Below, piece after piece: positions 14,951 to 23,890 of a DNA stretch of 32,000 nt. The notes under the pieces were generated by a model. The model ran no database searches and was not told where the DNA came from. It saw only the letters and a program-made list of their open reading frames with translations. Each line of letters opens with the position of its first letter. The first letter of the stretch is position 1. This stretch comes from an uncultured Candidatus Saccharibacteria bacterium (GTDB lineage: Bacteria; Patescibacteriota; UBA1384; XYA2-FULL-43-10; 1-14-0-10-43-13), in assembly GCA_964543385.1 (NCBI GenBank), contig CAZIYE010000001.1:120001-152000 (forward strand). Reading direction: 5' to 3'. Both the position numbers and the translations under genes were made by a program.

Positions 14951-14973
14951 CGACCCACACCAGGGTCGTTTTC
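14951..14973 (+). terminator. Intrinsic terminator after cassette 3
   Basis: The stem cgaccc/gggtcg has loop acacca and is followed by TTTT. Confidence 0.7.
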
Positions 14974-14988
14974 TATATATAGAACATT

Positions 14989-16221
14989 TTATTTTGCAGC
15001 ATTATTTCCGGCCACATAGCCACTAGACCAAGCCCATTGCAGGTTGAAACCACCAGAATCACCATCGACGTCCAAGACTTCGCCAGCAAAATATAAATTG
15101 GACACGATTTTAGATTCAAGAGTCTTGGAATTTATTTCTTTTAAGCTCACACCACCGGAAGTGACCTGAGCCTCTTTAAGAGGTCTTAATTCCTTTACTG
15201 TTAGGGTCATTTCTTTCATATTATCAACAATTTTCGTTCGCTCTGTTTTGGAGATCTCAGCAGCCTTTTTAGAAGCATCCACTCCGGCATTTCTCAGAAT
15301 TATCGGTAAGATATTAATAGGAGCAACTCCAATCAAAGAATTTTTAACCGTTTTGGCCCCACTATTAGAAAATATCATCGCTAATTTTTTATCAAGATCC
15401 TCAGCACTCAATTCAGTGAATATATCAATTTTTAATTTTACAATCCCATCTTCAAGAAGAGGAGCAATCTTACTTGACTGAGCCATAACTGCAGGACCGG
15501 ATAATCCAAAATGAGTGAATAAAAGGTCACCAGATTTTTGTGAAATGATTTTACCACCAACCTCAACCCCAACGTTTGCTTCTAGTTTGATACCAGAAAC
15601 TTCTTTTGGCCAAGATTCTGTAGTTTCAATAGGGACAAGGGCAGCATAAATAGGTGATACAATATGACCAAATTTTTTAGCCCAAAAGAAGCCATCGCCA
15701 GAAGATCCAAGTTGATATGCCGCACGCCCGCCAGTTGATATTATTAGCTTCGAACTCTCAACCATTTGACCATTAGCATCGGTAATTTTCCAAAACCCAT
15801 CTTTTATAATATTTTTGACTTCAAAACTGGTCAATACAGTAATGTTATTATGTCTAATCTCTAAACCGAGTATGTCGACAACACTTGAAGCCTGGTTTGT
15901 TCGTGGAAACATCCTTCCATTATTTTCCTCTTTCAAAATAAGCCCCATGGACTCAAAAAAATCTATTGTAGTATCTTGATCAAATTGTCTCAATACATCA
16001 GCAATAAAATATTTGTCAGAACCGCGATAATCGGATTCTGCAATATTCCTATTTGTAATATTGCATCTGCCATTACCAGTTGCTAATATTTTCCGGCCAA
16101 TCTTTTCATTTTTTTCTAAAAGTACAACTTTTTTACCATTTTTAGCCGCAAAAATAGCCGCCATTATCCCAGCCGGTCCAGCACCAATTATTGCAATGTC
16201 AAAATTTTTATTCATATTCAT
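14989..16221 (-). CDS. HI0933-family FAD-dependent oxidoreductase (NAD(P)/FAD-binding flavoprotein)
   Basis: It is 410 aa. The N-terminus DIAIIGAGPAG...LLEKN.KIGRKILATGNGRCNITN and the C-terminal GG..L.E...KT..S......YFAGEVLDVDG..GG(F/Y)N pattern are typical of this family. Confidence 0.88.
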   Translation of the reverse strand: MNMNKNFDIAIIGAGPAGIMAAIFAAKNGKKVVLLEKNEKIGRKILATGNGRCNITNRNIAESDYRGSDKYFIADVLRQFDQDTTIDFFESMGLILKEENNGRMFPRTNQASSVVDILGLEIRHNNITVLTSFEVKNIIKDGFWKITDANGQMVESSKLIISTGGRAAYQLGSSGDGFFWAKKFGHIVSPIYAALVPIETTESWPKEVSGIKLEANVGVEVGGKIISQKSGDLLFTHFGLSGPAVMAQSSKIAPLLEDGIVKLKIDIFTELSAEDLDKKLAMIFSNSGAKTVKNSLIGVAPINILPIILRNAGVDASKKAAEISKTERTKIVDNMKEMTLTVKELRPLKEAQVTSGGVSLKEINSKTLESKIVSNLYFAGEVLDVDGDSGGFNLQWAWSSGYVAGNNAAK

Positions 16222-16261
16222 TCTTTACTATACAATATTTTATCATTTTTGTGAAGTATAC

Positions 16262-16435
16262 AAAAGAGAAACCTCACCCAGCAAGCTAGGTGAGGCGAAA
16301 ATTGGCGGGAAGCCATGGAAATCAGACCGTGCGGCTTAACGGTGAAAAAGCGAGCTTTTACAATAAGCTCATTATTGCTTGTTCACACCGCAAGAGCTTT
16401 ATGTTGCTAGTATCTGAACATCAGGCTTCCACGCA
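16262..16435 (-). ncRNA. Candidate ~175-nt small RNA (or cis-leader) with its own promoter and terminator
   Basis: The minus strand carries TTGACA-18-TATAAA, and about 7 nt later the RNA starts gtgcgtggaagcc. The 5' ggaagcc pairs with the 3' ggcttcc (plus gcg/cgc) to close a long irregular hairpin. It ends in cctcacc(tagcttgctg)ggtgagg (plus coordinates 16272-16295) followed by TTTCTCTTTT. No ORF is present. Confidence 0.55.
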
Positions 16436-16441
16436 CAATGA

Positions 16442-16471
16442 TTTATACCACTAGTACCTACCACTTGTCAA
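16442..16471 (-). promoter_or_regulatory. Promoter of the minus-strand sRNA candidate
   Basis: The -35 TTGACA corresponds to plus 16466-16471 and the -10 TATAAA to plus 16442-16447, with an 18-bp spacer. It sits back-to-back with a plus-strand extended -10 TGgTATTAT (16480-16488) for the HD gene. Confidence 0.6.
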
Positions 16472-16517
16472 AATAATTGTGGTATTATGGCAACAGAAAA
16501 AATAAAGAAGGATAACC

Positions 16518-17105
16518 GTGGAAGATATCAGAAAATTTTGTTCAGAAATCCAAATGCTAAAAAGATTAGAGCACATTGGTTTTAAACTTGCAGGAGTAGA
16601 AGAAAAAGATGTACTTGCTGGCCATATAGTCATCTCTGCTCAAATTGCTTTTATCATTGCCGAGCTAGAAGGTGCAGACCCCTTTAAAGCTGCTACTATA
16701 AATCTATTTCATGACAATCATGAGACTAGAATCGGCGACCATAATAAAGTAAGTGCCAGGTACATTGATACCCACAGGGCCGAAACAGAATCGGAAATAG
16801 AACAATTTGCTAATCTCCCGAATAGAATAGGAGATCGTATACTAAAAATGCTTGAAGAAAAACATACTAGAAATACAAAAGAAGGGATAATTGCTCAAGA
16901 TGCCGATTGGTTAGAAGTAGCAATTCAGGCAAAGATTTTTGTAGAACATGGCTATAACGGATGTAGCGATTGGATTGAAAATGTAGAAAAAGCCCTCGAA
17001 ACAGAATCGGCAAAGAAAATACTTGCCGAGATAAAAACAGACCCGGACTTTACTAATTGCTGGTGGCAAGGATTAAAAAAAATGACCTACAACAAACTAA
17101 AATAG
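16518..17105 (+). CDS. HD-domain phosphohydrolase (YfbR-like 5'-nucleotidase family)
   Basis: It has the H...HDNHETRIGD metal-binding pattern (H, HD, E, D) and a later QDADWLE. It starts at a GTG with GAAGGA upstream. Confidence 0.8.
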   Translation: MEDIRKFCSEIQMLKRLEHIGFKLAGVEEKDVLAGHIVISAQIAFIIAELEGADPFKAATINLFHDNHETRIGDHNKVSARYIDTHRAETESEIEQFANLPNRIGDRILKMLEEKHTRNTKEGIIAQDADWLEVAIQAKIFVEHGYNGCSDWIENVEKALETESAKKILAEIKTDPDFTNCWWQGLKKMTYNKLK

Positions 17106-17387
17106 CTCCTTAGAAAAACATAACAATTACATTAAAATAGGATCAGCAGATCAAAGGTGGTAGCGATATCTCAAGAAACTTACAATCGTGCTCTTGATTG
17201 CTCTCATCCTAGCTCCGATGTGGCTAGAAATTTACATAAAAGCTTTCGGAAACAATAAGCATCGGAAGCTATGATTCAGCCTTTTTCTAATAAGACTAGG
17301 ATCGTTTATATTCTTGTTCTTATTTTGTTCGGTATGATATAATTAACCAATAAAGTTAGTAATTGTTGACACAGAAGAAGGGATTTC

Positions 17388-18518
17388 ATGAATTATATAT
17401 TAGTCACTGTTTGTGCATTTGTTGCTGCAATGCTTGGCACTATAGCAGTAACGTTGTTATTGAGGAAAAGTAACAAATCCGATATTGAAGAAAAAGGCCT
17501 TGAAGATAAGATAGCCCGAATATCAAGCGATGCCTTAAAAAATAATACTGAGCAATTTTTGATTTTAGCAAAAGAAGTCTTGGGTGCACAAAAAAATGAA
17601 ATCAAAGTTGATCTTGACGGTAAAAAATCAGCAATATCCAATCTGATTGATGAAATTAGAAAAGATATTAGGAAAAACGAAGAAAGACTTACAAAAAGTG
17701 ACGAGGATAGGGTTCGTTCGTTTTCAACTCTTCAAAACGAACTAAAATCATATAAAGAGATAACAAATGATCTGAAAATGAGCACCGATAAGCTAAAAAG
17801 TCTGCTCTCCAATAATCAGCTCAGAGGGGCCTTTGGAGAACAAGTAGCGGAAGATTTATTAAAAATGGCCGGCTTTGTTGAAGGAACTTCATATACTAAA
17901 AACGAAACACAACAGACACAGAGCACCAGACCGGACTTTACTATTCTGCTGCCAGATCAAACAAAGATCAATATCGATGTTAAATTTCCATATTCTGCTC
18001 TTGTTAAAACACTTGAGTCAGAAAACGATACAGACAAGAAAAAACACTTTATGCAGTTCCGCACAGATGTCAAGGAAAAAATCAAACAAGTGTCTACCCG
18101 CGATTATATAAACCCCGAGGAAAAGACCGTCGATTTCGTCATACTTTTTATCCCTAACGAGATGATCTTTAGCTACATTTACGATCAGATGAACGATGTC
18201 TGGGAAGAAGCAATGCGCAAGAAAGTTGTATTAGCTGGACCATTTAGCTTTACTGCAATTCTTCGAATGGTTGGTCAAGCCTATTCTAATTTCCGATATC
18301 AGGAAAACCTTCAACATATTATTGGATTAATTCACAAATTCGACGAAGAATATCAGAAATACTCTGCAGCAGTTGATACGCTTGGAGACAGGATAAGTTC
18401 GACCAGTAAACAATTTGAAGTTGTCACAACCACCAGAAACCGCCAGTTAACATCAGTCGTTGATAAAATAAAAAACCAGAATATTATAGATGATAATAAG
18501 CCCAGTCTAATTGAATAA
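17388..18518 (+). CDS. rmuC: DNA recombination protein RmuC
   Basis: It has an N-terminal TM helix and a long coiled-coil. The C-terminal RmuC domain shows RPDF...D.K....Y and FV.LFIPNE. Confidence 0.85.
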   Translation: MNYILVTVCAFVAAMLGTIAVTLLLRKSNKSDIEEKGLEDKIARISSDALKNNTEQFLILAKEVLGAQKNEIKVDLDGKKSAISNLIDEIRKDIRKNEERLTKSDEDRVRSFSTLQNELKSYKEITNDLKMSTDKLKSLLSNNQLRGAFGEQVAEDLLKMAGFVEGTSYTKNETQQTQSTRPDFTILLPDQTKINIDVKFPYSALVKTLESENDTDKKKHFMQFRTDVKEKIKQVSTRDYINPEEKTVDFVILFIPNEMIFSYIYDQMNDVWEEAMRKKVVLAGPFSFTAILRMVGQAYSNFRYQENLQHIIGLIHKFDEEYQKYSAAVDTLGDRISSTSKQFEVVTTTRNRQLTSVVDKIKNQNIIDDNKPSLIE

Positions 18519-19377
18519 AATGAAACAAAAAAAGAAGATTTTCAATCCTATAATTCTGCTAGTTTTTACAGCCATTGCCCTGATGGCCCTAATTGTATTG
18601 AAGCAAGAAGCACATGCACCAATAGCTGCAAGAGATTCTGTCCCTGAAAATATTGAAGCAAACACAGAGACAAGCCCTTCTGCCATACAACTAATCGCTG
18701 AGCAAAAGGATGTCAAAATACAAGAAACTATCAATGATTTAAATATACCAATCCTAATGTATCACTATATCAGGATTGTCGAAGATACAAGCGACCAACT
18801 TGGCATTAATTTGTCAGTAACGCCAGAAAAATTTGCCCAGCAATTGGATTCAATCAAAAGCAAGGGATATGCAACTATAACCTTTGAAGATATTGTGAAG
18901 GGCGAAATCCCAGCCAAGCCGATTATCCTAACATTTGATGACGGATATAAAGATTTCTATACAAACGCTTATCCAGAATTAAAAAAACACAATATGACCG
19001 CTGTTTCCTATATAATCGGAAACAAAAATAATACTCAATATATGAACGAAAAAGAGATACTGGAGATTTCTCAAAACAATATTGAGCTAGGATCGCATAC
19101 TTTATCACACCCAGATTTAGCAAAGACCTCTTCTCAAACGGCGATCAAAGAGATCACTGAAAGCAAAGAGAGGATTGAAAATATAATCGGCAAAAAGATT
19201 GTAAGTTTTTGCTATCCAGCCGGAAAATACAACGACGAGACAATCAGCATAGTTAAAAGTGCAGGCTATTCTTTCGCTGTAACAACGAACCCAGGGCTAG
19301 GAGAACTTAAATCACCGCTTACTTTAAATCGTCACAGAATAAATGCAGATACAGACATTAATACATACCTAAAATAA
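18511..19377 (+). CDS. Polysaccharide deacetylase (NodB/CE4 domain), membrane-anchored
   Basis: It has an N-terminal TM segment and the NodB motifs LTFDDGY and GSHT.SHPDL. It overlaps rmuC by 8 nt. Confidence 0.85.
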   Translation: MNKMKQKKKIFNPIILLVFTAIALMALIVLKQEAHAPIAARDSVPENIEANTETSPSAIQLIAEQKDVKIQETINDLNIPILMYHYIRIVEDTSDQLGINLSVTPEKFAQQLDSIKSKGYATITFEDIVKGEIPAKPIILTFDDGYKDFYTNAYPELKKHNMTAVSYIIGNKNNTQYMNEKEILEISQNNIELGSHTLSHPDLAKTSSQTAIKEITESKERIENIIGKKIVSFCYPAGKYNDETISIVKSAGYSFAVTTNPGLGELKSPLTLNRHRINADTDINTYLK

Positions 19378-20348
19378 TGAAAGAAAAAATTACAATTACA
19401 GTCAATAAAGACGAAATAGGGGAGAGAATTGACTCTTTTCTAGCAAAAAGGTTTCCTGATTTCTCCAGATCATATTTTGGTAACTTGCTAAAAAAAGACT
19501 TAATCCTTGTGAATAAGGAAAAGCAAAAAGCAAGCCATAGAATTAAAGAAAATGATCAGATTGAGATTAATTTTCAAGATAATGCTCCTCCCGATTTAAT
19601 CCCTGAGGCAGTCAACCTTGATATCATCTACGAAGACAATAACGTGCTGGTAATAAATAAACAGCCAGGAATTATCGTCCACCCTGGTGCTGGTAATCCT
19701 CAAGGGACAATAGCAAATGCACTGTTAGCATATGTACCAAAAATTGGAGAAGCTGTTTTTGAAAAAGGAAATCCACTCTCTGAATCAAGACCAGGCTTAG
19801 TACATCGTCTAGATAAAGATACTTCTGGCGTTATGATTATCGCAAAGAATAGTGATACCATGTACTATCTTTCAAAACAAATAAAAGACAGAACTGTCAA
19901 AAAATCATATTTAGCCCTCTGCTATGGTTGGCCTAAAAACGATGATGGTAGAGTAGTAAACTTTCTCGGCAGGCACCCTGTTAATAGAAAAATGATTACC
20001 GATATTGGAGATGATAAAGGAAAAATAGCAATATCTAATTACCACGTCGATAAATACTTTACCAAAGGAAAAAATAAAATATCTTTGGTTAAATTTGATA
20101 TACAAACAGGCAGAACACATCAGATTAGAACTCAAGCAAAAATATTAGGCTTTCCTGTTTTAGGGGATAGCACTTATAATACAAAAGAGTCTATTCAATT
20201 ATCCAAAGAACTAAATGCACAAAGGCAGTTACTACATGCTTATAAACTAACAATTACATTGCCTGGCAATGCTAAGCCTAACGATTTTATAGCTCCCACT
20301 CCGAAAGATTTTGAAATTATAATAAATAAGCTCAATCTAGAGTACTAA
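19377..20348 (+). CDS. rluD: RluA-family 23S rRNA pseudouridine synthase (RluD-like) with an S4 domain
   Basis: It has the HRLDKDTSGVMIIAK catalytic motif, the GRTHQIR motif and an N-terminal S4-like region. Its ATG overlaps the upstream stop codon by 1 nt (TAATG). Confidence 0.9.
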   Translation: MKEKITITVNKDEIGERIDSFLAKRFPDFSRSYFGNLLKKDLILVNKEKQKASHRIKENDQIEINFQDNAPPDLIPEAVNLDIIYEDNNVLVINKQPGIIVHPGAGNPQGTIANALLAYVPKIGEAVFEKGNPLSESRPGLVHRLDKDTSGVMIIAKNSDTMYYLSKQIKDRTVKKSYLALCYGWPKNDDGRVVNFLGRHPVNRKMITDIGDDKGKIAISNYHVDKYFTKGKNKISLVKFDIQTGRTHQIRTQAKILGFPVLGDSTYNTKESIQLSKELNAQRQLLHAYKLTITLPGNAKPNDFIAPTPKDFEIIINKLNLEY

Positions 20349-20431
20349 TCTACTCATAAAAAATCATAATTATATTTGACTCTGTTTTTAGAGGTGTGAT
20401 AAATTATGAGTATTATTAATGATTGGAGTTT

Positions 20432-21064
20432 ATGGACAGAGAAAGAATTACAATTTCAATTAAGAAAAATGTTCTTGAGAAGATTGATCAAGTAATTGAC
20501 GGTACTAATATCAGGAATAGGTCACATGCGGTTGAAACGTTAACGTTGAAATCTCTAGGCTCCGCAACATCAAATCAAGCTATTATAATACTCGGCGGCG
20601 GCGATGCTATCAGGGCTATACCGGCAGCTAAGGCATACCTGCCGAAGTTAAAAGACGCAGGATTTGACAGTGTTATTATAGCTGTGGGCTTCCTGGCTGA
20701 TAAGGTCAAGGAGAAAATTGGATTTGGCATCGAATTTGATCTTGCAATCAAATATTGCGACAAAGGCGAGGGCTCTGGCGGTGCACTAAATGTAATAAGA
20801 AAAGATCTAAAATCTACTTTTATTATCATAAATACTGCCAAAGATTATGATATAGACCTTAAGTCTTTATTGGAATATCACAGAAACCACAAGTCAAAGT
20901 TTACCGTTGCTACAGATGACTTAAGATCAATGCTTGGTATTTATGTAGTTGAGCCAGAAATGCTTTCCCTAATTCCTAAAGGCTTTTCCATGCTAGATGA
21001 GGATCTAATTCCAAAACTAATAAATAATAAGGAGCTGGTTGTTTTTCCAGCATATAATAGATAA
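20432..21064 (+). CDS. Ribbon-helix-helix domain fused to a nucleotidyltransferase-like (degenerate) domain
   Basis: The N-terminus ITISIKKNVLEKID....RNRSHAVETL looks CopG/RHH-like. The remainder resembles sugar-phosphate nucleotidyltransferases but has LGGGDAIR instead of GGxGTRL. ATG 20432 is preferred to TTG 20423. Confidence 0.6.
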   Translation: MDRERITISIKKNVLEKIDQVIDGTNIRNRSHAVETLTLKSLGSATSNQAIIILGGGDAIRAIPAAKAYLPKLKDAGFDSVIIAVGFLADKVKEKIGFGIEFDLAIKYCDKGEGSGGALNVIRKDLKSTFIIINTAKDYDIDLKSLLEYHRNHKSKFTVATDDLRSMLGIYVVEPEMLSLIPKGFSMLDEDLIPKLINNKELVVFPAYNR

Positions 21065-21123
21065 GTAATAGATTGACTAATTATTATCTGCTATATTATA
21101 TTAAATAGCAGGAGAAAATTTTT

Positions 21124-22419
21124 ATGAAAACAAAACTTTGGGTGCTCCTTTCAGTAATTATTATAGTAATTGGCTTCAGCGTTCTTATTGTAATGCCAAA
21201 AAGTCCACTTGGCGGTGAAAAGATTAAAGCCTCTCTCGGGCTTGATTTGGTAGGAGGAACCGAACTTACATATGAAGCCGACCTCACCCAATCCAAAGAT
21301 AAAATAAAAGACCTTGATAATCTAAAAAATGTTTTTGAAAAAAGAGTTAATGAGTTGGGTGTCTCGGAACCAACAATCCAAACAAGCGGTGGCAACAAGG
21401 TGATTATTGAGCTACCAGGCATCAAAGAAATAGACACTGCAATTCAAAAAATTGGTGCTACCTATGAGCTATCTTTTATGACGGAAACTACTGATGATGA
21501 CGGCATTTCCCTGAGTGATTACTATGACTCAAGTTATATATATCCAGGTAAATGGAAAAAATCAGATCTCACGGGCAGAAATCTTGTCAAAGCTGACGCC
21601 ACTTTTGAAGGAGGTACTCAAACATCGGTAAACACTACTCCTGTCGTTTCAATCAAGTTTGACAACTCTGGAAAAGAAAGATTCCGCAATCTCACCAAAA
21701 ATAATGTTAATAAAAGAATTGCGATCGTACTAGATAACCAGATCGTTTCCGCACCGAGTGTAAATGAAGAAATAGCAAGCGGAGAAGCTATCATTACTGG
21801 ATCAAAAGACATTAAAGAAGCTCAACAATTAGCAAAAAGATTAAATGAAGGCATTCTACCCGTACCAACCAAGTTGATCGGACAACAAAATATCGGTGCC
21901 ACACTCGGTCAAGATTCACTAAAACTGAGTATAGTTGCAGGATTGATAGGAATGATTTTGATAACTATATTTATGCTATCATTCTACAAATTCCCAGGCC
22001 TTATCGCTGTTGTCGCACTTTTCATTTATGCATTAATAACCTTAGCAATATACAAACTAATTCCAGTAACGTTAACCCTTGCTGGTATTGCCGGTTTTAT
22101 ACTCTCCATTGGCATGGCTATAGACGCGAATATCCTAATTTTCGAAAGAATGAAGGAAGAACTGAGATCAGGCAAGGAGCTTAATCTATCGATTTTAGAT
22201 GGTTTCAAGAGATCTTGGAATTCTATTAGAGACTCAAATATATCTTCTATTATTACCTGCCTTATCCTTTATCTTGCAACCGGATCAGGCCCTATCCGAG
22301 GTTTTGCCCTTACACTTCTTATTGGTATTATTATAAGTCTATTCACAGCCATCACTGTTACCAGAACAATGTTATTATTGCTATCAACTAGCCCATTAAA
22401 GAGGTTTATCCATGTTTAG
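21124..22419 (+). CDS. secD: Protein translocase subunit SecD
   Basis: It is 431 aa with an N-terminal TM helix, a periplasmic-type domain (LGLDLVGG, IVLDNQIVSAP) and a C-terminal 5-TM block. The SD is AGGAGA. Confidence 0.93.
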   Translation: MKTKLWVLLSVIIIVIGFSVLIVMPKSPLGGEKIKASLGLDLVGGTELTYEADLTQSKDKIKDLDNLKNVFEKRVNELGVSEPTIQTSGGNKVIIELPGIKEIDTAIQKIGATYELSFMTETTDDDGISLSDYYDSSYIYPGKWKKSDLTGRNLVKADATFEGGTQTSVNTTPVVSIKFDNSGKERFRNLTKNNVNKRIAIVLDNQIVSAPSVNEEIASGEAIITGSKDIKEAQQLAKRLNEGILPVPTKLIGQQNIGATLGQDSLKLSIVAGLIGMILITIFMLSFYKFPGLIAVVALFIYALITLAIYKLIPVTLTLAGIAGFILSIGMAIDANILIFERMKEELRSGKELNLSILDGFKRSWNSIRDSNISSIITCLILYLATGSGPIRGFALTLLIGIIISLFTAITVTRTMLLLLSTSPLKRFIHV

Positions 22420-23314
22420 AATAGTCAAAAATTCCTGGGTATGGTTTTCTGTATCCATAGCTTTAGCAGTATTGTCTATTGTCGCCATAGCTGTTTTCGG
22501 CCTTAGAATCGGAATCGATTATAGGGGTGGCACAGTGATAGAGTTCACATCGTCACAAGAGCAAAAACTCGATCTCACAAAAGAGGTATTGAACAATGAA
22601 AAATACAATGGTTATCAGATCAAAGAGAGTGGCCCAAACAAGATAATCTTGAGAATGCAAACTCTAACGAATGATGAGCATAAAAAATTGGAAAATAGCT
22701 TCAAAGATAAATTGCCTGATTACACAGAAACCCAATATGATACAGTCGGTCCAACAATTGGCAAGGAATTAACCAATAAGTCAATCTTCGCTGTTATCCT
22801 GGCTTCTTTGGGCATAATTATATTTATTGCATTTGCCTTTAGAAAAGTTCCAAAGCCACTATCATCATGGAAGTTTGGAGCTTGTGCCGTAGTAGCTCTA
22901 ATGCATGATCTTCTTATTACTACCGGATTTGTTGCTGTTATGGGACATTTCTTTATTTGGATGGAAGTTGATGCCCTTTTTATCACAGCCCTTCTTACAA
23001 TTATGGGTTTCTCTGTTCATGACACAATCGTAGTTTATGACAGACTTAGAGAAAATTTCATTAAAAATCCTCATGAGGATATCGAGCTAGCCGCAGAAGA
23101 AAGTATTAACCAAACGATAGCGCGATCGATCAATACATCTATGACAACCATCATTGTGCTTACCGCACTATTAATCTTCGGCAGCTTCTCAATACGACAC
23201 TTTATCCTGATATTAGTCTTCGGTATTGTTTTGGGAACTTATTCGTCAATCTTCAATGCTACACCGCTATTAGTCCTTTGGCAGAAAAAAGGCCTTAAGA
23301 ATGCTCAGAAATAG
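22412..23314 (+). CDS. secF: Protein translocase subunit SecF
   Basis: It is 300 aa with GIDYRGGT and a HDTIVVYDR.RE motif. It overlaps secD by 8 nt. Confidence 0.93.
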   Translation: MFRIVKNSWVWFSVSIALAVLSIVAIAVFGLRIGIDYRGGTVIEFTSSQEQKLDLTKEVLNNEKYNGYQIKESGPNKIILRMQTLTNDEHKKLENSFKDKLPDYTETQYDTVGPTIGKELTNKSIFAVILASLGIIIFIAFAFRKVPKPLSSWKFGACAVVALMHDLLITTGFVAVMGHFFIWMEVDALFITALLTIMGFSVHDTIVVYDRLRENFIKNPHEDIELAAEESINQTIARSINTSMTTIIVLTALLIFGSFSIRHFILILVFGIVLGTYSSIFNATPLLVLWQKKGLKNAQK

Positions 23315-23436
23315 GGGAGTGAGCAGAGACAAAAACATCAATTTTATATTTTAATAACTATTTTATGAAATTGGTTTTCAAGAGGCAGTAGGCTACTCTG
23401 GATATTTGAGAAAATAGAATTTATAATAAAAACATC

Positions 23437-23457
23437 TTAATTTTTAATTTTTAATTT
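23437..23457 (+). repeat. 3 x TTAATTT tandem heptamer immediately upstream of sbp
   Basis: Three exact copies lie at 23437-23443, 23444-23450 and 23451-23457. They are downstream of a TGGATA-17-TATAAT promoter candidate (23399-23427). Confidence 0.8.
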
Positions 23458-23461
23458 AATT

Positions 23462-23821
23462 ATGTACCTAATTATTCTTGGTCTAGCTTTGGGACTTATC
23501 ATCGGGGGATTCCTGCAATTTGATATACCCCCTGAATATGCCCGCTACACTGCAGTGGCTATTATAGGAATACTTGACTCTTTATTTGGCGCTGTCAGAG
23601 CTTCTGTTGAGAAAAAATATGATACAACCGTTTTTATAACCGGTCTTGCATTTAATATGGCTATAGCCGTTCTTATTACATTCTTTGGCGATAAATTAAA
23701 TCTAGATCTTTATCTCGCGATTCTTGTCGCCTTTATGATTAGAATATTCTCTAACATCGGTCAAATAAAAACCACAACTCTCAATAAGATACAGAAAAAG
23801 GTGACAGAGAAAGCCGAATAG
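23462..23821 (+). CDS. sbp: Small basic membrane protein Sbp (DUF1290)
   Basis: It is a 119-aa membrane protein. Its pattern (YTAVAI.GILDS.FGA.RA........F..G...N) resembles B. subtilis Sbp/DUF1290. Confidence 0.75.
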   Translation: MYLIILGLALGLIIGGFLQFDIPPEYARYTAVAIIGILDSLFGAVRASVEKKYDTTVFITGLAFNMAIAVLITFFGDKLNLDLYLAILVAFMIRIFSNIGQIKTTTLNKIQKKVTEKAE

Positions 23822-23856
23822 TCTTTATTTGACACACAAACAGTCATCCTAGATAT

Positions 23857-23890
23857 AAAAAGGCCCTAGAAACGATTCTAGGGCCTTTTA
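23857..23890 (+). terminator. Bidirectional intrinsic terminator after sbp
   Basis: aaaaaggccctagaa pairs with ttctagggccttttt around loop acga, flanked by A and T runs. Confidence 0.8.

Noticed and set aside
10673-14973. The GC-rich hairpins after the G+C-rich cassettes as integron attC sites / gene cassettes.
   Set aside because: The stems are perfect palindromes without the extrahelical bases and RYYYAAC/GTTRRRY core geometry of attC. Two of them have ordinary T-tracts, and no integron integrase or attI is in the window.
14458-15026. Overlapping alternative-frame ORFs in cassette 3 (14458-14664, 14743-14958 minus, 14805-15026).
   Set aside because: Only the frame starting at ATG 14528 has a well-spaced GAGGAGG SD and ends before the terminator. 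The others lack initiation signals or run through the terminator, as expected from low stop-codon density in G+C-rich DNA.
16061-16339. The 92-aa plus-strand ORF spanning the flavoprotein start and the intergenic region.
   Set aside because: It overlaps the dinucleotide-binding N-terminus of the flavoprotein on the opposite strand and runs through the sRNA terminator. It has no SD and is a shadow ORF.
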